Shown in pieces: positions 25,859 to 32,000 of a DNA stretch of 32,000 nt. Each line of letters starts with the position of its first letter. Positions within the stretch are counted from its first letter, which is position 1. Under the pieces are notes generated by a model. That model had not been told where the DNA came from. It made no database searches and worked only from the letters and a program-made list of their open reading frames with translations. The stretch covers positions 16,830 through 48,829 of the forward strand of contig JBCBUE010000020.1 in NCBI GenBank assembly GCA_039818285.1, read 5' to 3'. Made by a program: the position numbers and the translations under genes. This DNA is from Planctomycetota bacterium (GTDB lineage: Bacteria > Planctomycetota > Phycisphaerae > Phycisphaerales > Phycisphaeraceae).

Positions 25859-27340
25859 ATGTACGTCCTGCTGCTCATCTCGAAGTACCTCCGCCGCAAG
25901 CTCGCGCCGCTGTTTGCCTGCCTGGCGGTGGTGTTGTGCACGGCGATGGTGATCATCGTGATGTCGGTGATGGGGGGGTTCCTGGAGATGCTGCGGGCGT
26001 CGGCGCACCGGCTGTCGGGTGACGTGATCGTGCGGGCGGGGTCGATCACGGGGTTCGAGGGGTACGAGGACTTGATCGATCGGCTGGAGGCGTTGCCGGA
26101 GGTGGCGGTGGCGACGCCGGTGATCGACGTGCCGGGGCTGGTGAAGATCGGCCGGTCGTCGATCCCGATCGCGCAGGTGGTGGGGATCGAGCCGGGGGGG
26201 TACGACGCGGTGGTGGGGTACGCGGAGACGATGTACTGGGGGGACGAGCACCGGGTGGCGGAGTTCGAGCATCGGTTCGGGCCGTTGGTCGAGCAGGACG
26301 AGGCGGTGCGTGCCCAGCGGGACCGGATGGGGCAGATGGGGTTCGATCGGTTCGGGGCGGAGCTGGCGGTGCCGGAGCTTTGGCGGCAATGGCCGCAGGA
26401 GCGTCGGGCGGTGTCGGGGGCGATCGTGCCGGGGATCGAGGTGAGCCCGCGCAACGGGCGGGACGAGCAAGGGGCGTACGACTTTCGGTATTCGCTGGCG
26501 CGGGAGGGGGATCGGGTGATCCTGACGGTGCTGCCGTTGACGCGGTCGGGGGGGCTGCTGGAGCCGGAGACGCGGTCGTTTGCGACGGTGAACGAGTTCA
26601 AGTCGGGGTTGTACGAGGTGGACGCGAACCGGGTTTATGTGCCGTTGGGGGTGCTTCAGGGGATGCTGGGGATGGACGAGGGGGTGGCGGTGGACGAGGA
26701 GGGGATGCCAACGGGGGAGGTCATCCCGGCGCGGGTGACGGAGGTGCTGGTGCGTTCGGCGGAGGGGGTGTCGCTGGCGGCGGCGGCCGAGGCGGTGCGG
26801 GCGGCGGTGAACGGGTGGGAGCTGGACCGCGGCACGAGCGTGTTTGTGTGGACGTGGGAGCAGAAGCACGGGGTGCTGCTGAGCGCGGTGGAGAACGAGC
26901 GGGGGCTGGTGACGTTCTTGTTTGCGGTGATCAGCGTCGTGGCGGTGGTGATGGTGGCGACGACGTTCTACATGATCGTCCTGGAGAAGACGCGGGACAT
27001 CGGGACGCTGCGGGCGATCGGGGCGTCGGCATCCGGGATCGCGTTGGTGTTCCTGGGGTACGGGCTGGCGGTGGGGATCATCGGGGCCGGGCTGGGCAGC
27101 GCGCTGGCGACGCTGGTGGTGACGAACCTCAACGGGATCCAGGAGCTGCTGGTGGCGTTGTTCGGGTGGCGGATGTGGAACCCGCAGACGTACTACTTCG
27201 ATCGGATCCCCGACCGGGTGGCGGTGTGGGACATGGCGTGGGTGGCGGCGGGGGCGGTGGTGAGCAGCGTGGCGGGGGCGCTGATCCCGGCGGTGCTGGC
27301 GGCGCGGCAGGACCCGGTGGAGACGCTCCGGTATGAGTGA
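25859..27340 (+). CDS. LolC/LolE-family (FtsX/MacB-type) ABC transporter permease
   Basis: The N-terminus is ISKYLRRKLAPLFACLAVVLCTAMVIIVMSVMGGF. A large periplasmic domain is followed by a C-terminal FtsX-like 3-helix module (FLFAVISVVAVVMVATTFYMIVLEKTRDIGTLRAIGAS). ATG at 25859 is preferred, because the listed start at 25829 lies inside the repeat arm. Confidence 0.8.
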   Translation: MYVLLLISKYLRRKLAPLFACLAVVLCTAMVIIVMSVMGGFLEMLRASAHRLSGDVIVRAGSITGFEGYEDLIDRLEALPEVAVATPVIDVPGLVKIGRSSIPIAQVVGIEPGGYDAVVGYAETMYWGDEHRVAEFEHRFGPLVEQDEAVRAQRDRMGQMGFDRFGAELAVPELWRQWPQERRAVSGAIVPGIEVSPRNGRDEQGAYDFRYSLAREGDRVILTVLPLTRSGGLLEPETRSFATVNEFKSGLYEVDANRVYVPLGVLQGMLGMDEGVAVDEEGMPTGEVIPARVTEVLVRSAEGVSLAAAAEAVRAAVNGWELDRGTSVFVWTWEQKHGVLLSAVENERGLVTFLFAVISVVAVVMVATTFYMIVLEKTRDIGTLRAIGASASGIALVFLGYGLAVGIIGAGLGSALATLVVTNLNGIQELLVALFGWRMWNPQTYYFDRIPDRVAVWDMAWVAAGAVVSSVAGALIPAVLAARQDPVETLRYE

Positions 27341-28025
27341 GTCGGCGTTGATCGAGGCGACGGGGCTGGCCAAGCGGTATCGCTCGGGGTCGAAGACGCT
27401 GGATGTCTTGCGCGGGGTGGACCTGTCGGTGTCGCGTGGGGAGTTTGTGGCGGTGCTGGGGCGGTCGGGTTCGGGCAAGAGCACGCTGTTGCATCTGATG
27501 GGCGGGCTGGATCGGCCGGACGAGGGGGAGGTGACGTACGACGGGCGGACGGTGGTGCGAGCGGGGAAGCGCGGGAGCAACGTGTATCGGCGGTCGGTGG
27601 TGGGGATGGTGTTCCAGGCGTACCACCTGCTGCCGGAGCTGACGGCGACGGAGAACGTGCTGGTGGCGTCGATGCTGCACGGCGGGCCGGTGTGCTGGTG
27701 GCGGCGGCGGGGGCAGGCCAGGGCGCGGGCGGCGGAGTTGCTGGACAAGGTCGGGCTGGCGGACCGGGCGACGCATCGGCCGAACAAGCTGTCGGGCGGC
27801 GAGCGGCAGCGGGTGGCGATCGCGCGGGCGCTGATGAACGCCCCGGCGGTGCTGCTGGCCGACGAGCCGACGGGCAACCTGGACCCCGAGACCGGCGGCG
27901 AGGTCATGGCCGTGATCGAGGCGCTGCACCGCGACGGGCAGACGGTGGTGATGGTGACGCACGACGATGCGATCGCCGACCGGGCGGACCGGCGGGTCGT
28001 GCTGGAGCGGGGGCGGATCGCGTGA
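27333..28025 (+). CDS. lolD: LolD/MacB-type ABC transporter ATP-binding protein
   Basis: Walker A GRSGSGKST, signature LSGGERQRVAIARAL and Walker B LLADEPTGNLD. The start overlaps the permease stop (ATGAGTGA). Confidence 0.85.
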   Translation: MSESALIEATGLAKRYRSGSKTLDVLRGVDLSVSRGEFVAVLGRSGSGKSTLLHLMGGLDRPDEGEVTYDGRTVVRAGKRGSNVYRRSVVGMVFQAYHLLPELTATENVLVASMLHGGPVCWWRRRGQARARAAELLDKVGLADRATHRPNKLSGGERQRVAIARALMNAPAVLLADEPTGNLDPETGGEVMAVIEALHRDGQTVVMVTHDDAIADRADRRVVLERGRIA

Positions 28026-28030
28026 TGGCA

Positions 28031-28105
28031 GATTCATGATTTGCGATTTCAGGTTGGAGTCGGCATCGGGGGCCGTCTGAAATCTGACATCGCCCATCTG
28101 AAATC
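28031..28105. repeat. ORF-less hairpin built from inverted tandem heptamers
   Basis: The left arm is GATTCAT GATTTGC GATTTCA (28031-28051). The right arm is TGAAATC TGACATC GCCCATC TGAAATC (28078-28105), the reverse complement of GATTTCA-type units. The 8-bp perfect core is GATTTCAG/CTGAAATC, and the arms are 26 nt apart (24-nt loop once the 8-bp core is paired). Confidence 0.8.
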
Positions 28106-28124
28106 CCCTACCCTGTCGGGCTCG

Positions 28125-28862
28125 ATGTACATCCTCAAGGTCAACAACCTGGTGAAGGCCTACGCCAAGCGGCGGGTGGTGGATCGTGTGAGCTTCGTGG
28201 TCGAGGAGGGGGAGATCGTGGGGCTGCTGGGGCGGAACGGGGCGGGGAAGACGACGAGCTTTCGCATGACGACCGGGATGCTGACGCCCGAGGAGGGGCA
28301 GGTGCTCTTCGGCGGGCAGGACGTGACGCGGCTGGCGATGTACCAGCGGGCGCAGCTGGGGATGGGGTACTTGAGCCAGGAGCCGTCGATCTTCCAGCGG
28401 CTGACGGTGGAGCAGAACCTGCACGCGATCCTGGAGACGCGGCCGATGACGCGGGTCGAGCGCCGGCAGCGGGCCGAGGAGTTGCTCGAGCAGTTCGGGC
28501 TGACGAAGATCCGCCGCCAGCAGGCGCGGCTGTGCTCGGGCGGGGAGAAGCGTCGGCTGGAGATCGCGCGGGCGCTGATCACCGAGCCGAGCCTCGTGCT
28601 GCTGGACGAGCCGTTCGCGGGGGTCGATCCGCTGGCGGTGGAGGGGCTGCAGGACGAACTGCGTGCGTTGCGCGACCGGCTGGGGATCGCGATGCTGATC
28701 ACGGACCACAACGTGCACCACATCCTGGCCGTGTGCGATCGGGTGTACGTGATCTCCGACGGGCAGGTGTTCGCGGAGGGCACGCCCAAGGAGATCATCA
28801 ACAACGAGGCCGTGAAGCGGTCGTACCTGGGGTCGACGTTCCGCGGGGACGAGTTCGGATAA
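28125..28862 (+). CDS. lptB: LPS export ABC transporter ATP-binding protein
   Basis: GLLGRNGAGKTT, LGMGYLSQEPSIFQRLTVEQN, SGGEKRRLEIARAL, LLDEPFAGVDPLAV, ITDHNV and a C-terminal YLGSTF tail typical of LptB. ATG at 28125 is preferred over TTG at 28041, which reads through the heptamer repeats. Confidence 0.85.
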   Translation: MYILKVNNLVKAYAKRRVVDRVSFVVEEGEIVGLLGRNGAGKTTSFRMTTGMLTPEEGQVLFGGQDVTRLAMYQRAQLGMGYLSQEPSIFQRLTVEQNLHAILETRPMTRVERRQRAEELLEQFGLTKIRRQQARLCSGGEKRRLEIARALITEPSLVLLDEPFAGVDPLAVEGLQDELRALRDRLGIAMLITDHNVHHILAVCDRVYVISDGQVFAEGTPKEIINNEAVKRSYLGSTFRGDEFG

Positions 28863-28885
28863 GTCTTCAGTCCGGGCTCGATATC

Positions 28886-28912
28886 ATGCCTGCGCAAGCG
28901 GGCATTCACGCC
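28886..28912. repeat. left arm of 27-nt inverted repeat (ATGCCTGCGCAAGCGGGCATTCACGCC)
   Basis: It matches the reverse complement of 29227-29253 at 24/27 positions. Its first 20 nt are themselves a hairpin (ATGCCTGC-GCAA-GCGGGCAT). Confidence 0.85.
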
Positions 28913-28930
28913 CCCGCCTACGTTAAGCGC

Positions 28931-29227
28931 ATGAGTTCCGGGACGCGTGTCTACGCGGTGTACATCGTTACCAATCGCCGCCATGGAACGCTCTACGTCG
29001 GCATGACCGGTGACCTTAAAGTTCGCATCTACCAACACCGTGAGGGCGTTGTGGATGGGTTTTCGCGTCGATATGCCATGAAACAGCTGGTCTGGTACGA
29101 GCTTCACGCCACCGCGGAGGCGGTGATCATCCGGGAGAAGCGGATCAAATCGTGGAAGCGCGAGTGGAAAATTCAATTGATCGAAGAGATGAACTCCGAG
29201 CGGGCGGACCTGTTCACTCGGCTGTAG
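28931..29227 (+). CDS. small GIY-YIG nuclease family protein (COG2827/YhbQ-like)
   Basis: VYAVYIVTNRRHGTLYVGMTGDLKVRIYQHREG...LVWYE...REKRIKSWKREWKIQLIEEMN. An in-frame ATG at 28886 inside the left repeat arm is an alternative start. Confidence 0.85.
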   Translation: MSSGTRVYAVYIVTNRRHGTLYVGMTGDLKVRIYQHREGVVDGFSRRYAMKQLVWYELHATAEAVIIREKRIKSWKREWKIQLIEEMNSERADLFTRL

Positions 29228-29253
29228 GCGTGGATGCCTGCTTTCGCAGGCAT
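29227..29253. repeat. right arm of 27-nt inverted repeat (GGCGTGGATGCCTGCTTTCGCAGGCAT)
   Basis: It overlaps the last base of the GIY-YIG stop codon. It contains the perfect hairpin ATGCCTGC-TTTC-GCAGGCAT, and in one frame reads WMPAFAGMT. Confidence 0.85.
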
Positions 29254-29285
29254 GACGCGGTGGCAAGGAAATGTGAGATGATGCC

Positions 29286-30155
29286 GTGATGGTCGGTCGA
29301 CCCGAGAACGATCTCAAAGATAAGTCGCGGGGCGAGCGGTTGCAGAAGGTGCTGGCCGCGGCGGGGGTGGCGTCGCGGCGGGAGTGCGAGGCGATGATCG
29401 CCGAGGGGCGGGTCGCGGTGAACGGCGAGGTGATCATGGACCTGCCGGCGTGGGTCGACCCCGAGAAAGACAAGATCGCGATCGACGATCGGCCGATCCG
29501 CGGGCAGGGGCGCGGGCGGCGGCGAGGGACGATGCAGCGGCTCGTGTACGTGATGGTCAACAAGCCGCGACGCGTGATCTCGACGGCGGAGGACCCCGAC
29601 GGGCGGCAGACCGTGCTCGACCTCGTGCCGGGCGCGGTGAAGGAACGGCTGTACCCCGTGGGCCGGCTGGACGCCGACTCGACCGGGCTGATCCTGCTGA
29701 CGAACCACGGCGAGCTGGCGAACCGGCTGACGCACCCGCGGTACGAGGTGAGCAAGGCGTATCGCGTGAGCGTGCGCGGCCGGCTGGAGGCCGACGACAT
29801 CGTCCGGCTGCGGGACGGGCTGGTGCTGACCGACAAGCGGACGCTGGGGCGGGACGGTCGGTCGACGCGCGGGAAGGTCGGGGTAAAGCGGGCGGCGGTC
29901 GAGGCGGTGCGGGTGCTGAGGCGCGACCGGGACAGCAACGGCGAGGACCGCACGGTGCTGATGGTCACGCTGGCCGAGGGGCAGAACCGCGAGGTCCGGC
30001 GGCTGATGGCCCGGCTGGGGCTGAAGGTCCGCAAGCTACATCGCACGGCGATCGGGCCGTTGCGGCTCAAGGGGCTGGCGATCGGCGGGTCTCGGGCGTT
30101 GACGGTGGCCGAGAAGCGGGAGCTGCTCAAGGCGGCGGGGCTGGCGCGGCGTTGA
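29286..30155 (+). CDS. rluB: RsuA/RluB-family 23S rRNA pseudouridine synthase with S4 domain
   Basis: S4 domain ERLQKVLAAAGVASRRECEAMIAEGRVAVNG. Catalytic region VMVNKPRRVIST...LYPVGRLDADSTGLILLTNHGELANRLTHPRYEVSKAYRV. Start is GTG at 29286 or ATG at 29289. Confidence 0.85.
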   Translation: MMVGRPENDLKDKSRGERLQKVLAAAGVASRRECEAMIAEGRVAVNGEVIMDLPAWVDPEKDKIAIDDRPIRGQGRGRRRGTMQRLVYVMVNKPRRVISTAEDPDGRQTVLDLVPGAVKERLYPVGRLDADSTGLILLTNHGELANRLTHPRYEVSKAYRVSVRGRLEADDIVRLRDGLVLTDKRTLGRDGRSTRGKVGVKRAAVEAVRVLRRDRDSNGEDRTVLMVTLAEGQNREVRRLMARLGLKVRKLHRTAIGPLRLKGLAIGGSRALTVAEKRELLKAAGLARR

Positions 30156-30226
30156 TTCCCGATCAGGCCCGCCGCGACCCGGCCGAAATTAAGTGTTTAT
30201 CCTGATACAGGTTTTCCCTGATCGAT

Positions 30227-31318
30227 ATGACGTACAGGCCTGGAGTCTCTATAGATGCGGCCATGAAGATGCGCATCGCCGATGCCGTGGCCCCTGAACG
30301 ACGTTGCACACCCCTGGGCCTCGCGGCTGTGATCGCGGCGTTGGCGGCTTGCTTGGTCGCCGCCGCACCTAGGGGCTGGGCGGGGGAGCCGACGCCTTCG
30401 CTGGGTTCGACCGATTCGCCCGGCGTAAATGGCTTGGCGTCGTTCATCGAGCCCGAGGAGCTGAAACGCCTGCTCGCGCCGGACGGAACCGATGGGCAAG
30501 CGTCGCCTCGGGTGGTGCTCATCGACGCTCGCGACGCCCTGGCCTACGCATCGGGGCACCTGCCGGGCGCCATCAACCTCGGGCCGGACCAATGGCGCAC
30601 GCCGAAGGCCAAGCCGGGTCAGGGGCTGAGCCAGTACGTCTATCGCCGGGCCGACGGGTCGCCGGACGTGGCCTATTACGAACGGATGCTCGGCGAGGCG
30701 GGTGTCCGAGCCGACGACACGGTGGTGGTCTATGGCAATCACGCGGGCAAGAAGGACGGCACCGTCCCGGCGATGCTGCTCGACTGGCTGGGTCAGGAAC
30801 GAGTCCGATTCCTGGATGGCGTCGGCGTGGATCGCTGGCGGTTGGCCGGCGGCGTACTCGCGACCGAGACCCCTGCCCTGGAGCCGACGATCTACCGCGC
30901 CGACCCTCGGCCGGGCTTCGTGTGGAACGAGCCGGACGTGCTCGATAACCTGACGAATCCCGACGTGGTGATGTACGACACGCGTTCGCTGGAAGAGTGG
31001 ACGGGCGAGAACAAGCGGGGCAACGCGCGCGGCGGGCACCTGCCGGGCTCAATGCGTATCAATTACACGGACATGCTCACCGACGACAAGCGGGTGAAGT
31101 CAGCGGACGCGATGCGAGCGATGCTCGAAGCGCAAGGCGTGACGCCCGACAAGCAGGTCGTGCTGTACTGCCAGACGGCCACGCGGGTGAGCCTGCCGTA
31201 CCTGGTGATGCGCGACCTGGGGTACCCGCGGGTGTCGATTTACGACGCGTCGTGGTTTGAGTGGGGCAATCGCGACGACACGCCGATCGATCGAGAGACC
31301 CCGGTGAACCCGGGCTGA
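30227..31318 (+). CDS. two-domain rhodanese sulfurtransferase, probable lipoprotein
   Basis: Lipobox-like LAAC in ...LGLAAVIAALAACLVAAAP. The first rhodanese domain (VVLIDARDALAYASGHLPGAINL) has no active Cys. The second has the loop VVLYCQTATRVS and W..W.N tail. ATG at 30263 is an alternative start. Confidence 0.8.
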   Translation: MTYRPGVSIDAAMKMRIADAVAPERRCTPLGLAAVIAALAACLVAAAPRGWAGEPTPSLGSTDSPGVNGLASFIEPEELKRLLAPDGTDGQASPRVVLIDARDALAYASGHLPGAINLGPDQWRTPKAKPGQGLSQYVYRRADGSPDVAYYERMLGEAGVRADDTVVVYGNHAGKKDGTVPAMLLDWLGQERVRFLDGVGVDRWRLAGGVLATETPALEPTIYRADPRPGFVWNEPDVLDNLTNPDVVMYDTRSLEEWTGENKRGNARGGHLPGSMRINYTDMLTDDKRVKSADAMRAMLEAQGVTPDKQVVLYCQTATRVSLPYLVMRDLGYPRVSIYDASWFEWGNRDDTPIDRETPVNPG

Positions 31319-31349
31319 TCGATCGGGTCGGTCCGCGTAAGGTTGAGCG

Positions 31350-32000
31350 ATGTCGACGCGCAGGCTGAGGCTGGCGAGGTGGGGGGCGGTGGCGCTGCTG
31401 CTGACGATGATCGGGGCCTTGTACCTGCCGACGCTGGGTTACCCCTTGATCTACGACGATGCGCCGGGGTTGCTGGAGAACACGACGCTTCGCGAGGCGT
31501 GGGCGGTGCCGGGGCCGTGGCTGCCGCCGCAGGACAGCCCGCTGAGTTCGCGGCCGCTCAGTAACGTCTCCCTGTCGCTGACGTTTGCGGTGAGCGGGAT
31601 CGAGCCGTGGGGGCATCGGCTGGGCAACGCGTTGCTGCACGCGCTGGGGGCGGTGGTGCTGTTGCTGGGGCTGGAGAAGGCGGCCCGGCTGGGCGGCGTG
31701 GGGCGGTGGGCGGCGTGGGGAGCGGCGGCCGGGGCGGCGGGCGTGTGGGCGGCGCACCCGCTGGTGACCGAGGCGGTGGTGTACGTCACGCAGCGCACGG
31801 AGTTGATGGTGAGCGTCGCGGCGATGGGGGCGGTGGCGTTGCTGCTGGGCGGGGCGCGAGGGGGACGGGTCGGCTGGGGTTGGCTGGCGGGGTCGGTGGC
31901 GTGCTGCGCGGCGGCGATGGCGAGCAAGTATTTGAGCGCGGATCGGGCCTCGCTGGTGATTGTCGGCAACGCGGAAGAATTCCTCGAACCGCTCAAAGAG
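31350..32000 (+). CDS. polytopic membrane protein, PMT/TMTC-like glycosyltransferase N-terminus (3' end beyond window)
   Basis: ATG at 31350; the frame is open to the window end (217 codons). PLIYDDAPGLLENTTL...SRPLSNVSLSLTFAVSGIEPWGHRLGNALLHAL resembles the (F/Y)DD...N and RPL...H..N..LH pattern of bacterial PMT_2/TPR mannosyltransferase-like proteins. It is not in the ORF track because no stop is reached. Confidence 0.45.
   Translation, partial: MSTRRLRLARWGAVALLLTMIGALYLPTLGYPLIYDDAPGLLENTTLREAWAVPGPWLPPQDSPLSSRPLSNVSLSLTFAVSGIEPWGHRLGNALLHALGAVVLLLGLEKAARLGGVGRWAAWGAAAGAAGVWAAHPLVTEAVVYVTQRTELMVSVAAMGAVALLLGGARGGRVGWGWLAGSVACCAAAMASKYLSADRASLVIVGNAEEFLEPLKE

Larger units (their letters stand above)
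28886..29253 (+). mobile_element. inverted-repeat-bounded GIY-YIG cassette (putative selfish insert)
   Basis: The 27-nt imperfect IRs enclose one nuclease-family ORF, with lower G+C than the flanks, in the lptB/rluB spacer. No target-site duplication was seen and mobility is not demonstrated. Confidence 0.4.

Noticed and set aside
25787-27907. 706-aa minus-strand ORF, and the 27129-28721 and 28160-30130 minus ORFs
   Set aside because: They are antisense to the lolE-like, lolD, lptB, GIY-YIG and rluB genes. Their extreme Pro/His/Arg/Ser composition marks them as artefacts of G+C content.
31920-32000. G+C dip and a peptide (KYLSADRASLVIVGNAEEFLEPLKE) reminiscent of M16 peptidase C-termini at the very end of the window, suggesting a mis-join
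   Set aside because: The stretch is too short and the window ends. The frame is continuous with the upstream membrane protein, and the resemblance cannot be tested by eye.

Overview
High-G+C bacterial chromosomal segment (roughly 65-70% by eye, not computed). The gene content suggests Planctomycetota, possibly Phycisphaerae-like; this is inference only. It includes two PEP-CTERM proteins, an H-X9-DG/DUF1559-type pseudopilin, type III glutamine synthetase, a membrane-tethered ECF sigma and an RRM RNA-binding protein. Most of the window is core genes: M16 peptidase, ribBA, panC, gmhA, glnN, trmD, rplS, lysS, lolE/lolD-like, lptB, rluB, a rhodanese, a CPBP protease and a 1,250-aa SWIM-SNF2 helicase. 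The unusual content lies in small low-G+C inserts. (1) Three consecutive intergenic spacers in the lysS-lolE-lolD-lptB-rluB run each carry an inverted-repeat-bounded structure. One has 4x8-mer perfect arms around a GxxExxY (PD-(D/E)XK) ORF. One is an empty hairpin built of inverted heptamers. One has 27-nt arms around a GIY-YIG ORF. A degenerate copy of the octamer repeat also sits inside a low-G+C insertion within lysS. (2) An ECF sigma ORF has no stop codon and runs in frame into a secreted S1 protease with a PEP-CTERM anchor, which has its own SD, ATG and signal peptide. (3) A ~1.1-kb low-G+C island between convergent genes holds a start-less serine-recombinase remnant, a crossover-site-like palindrome and a PEP-CTERM gene. 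Also noted: a TrmD-GNAT fusion, a RibBA whose GTP cyclohydrolase II half has lost its zinc cysteines, and a pseudopilin with a DUF4190-type N-terminus. No rRNA, tRNA or CRISPR array was seen. All family calls come from motif recognition by eye; no searches were run.
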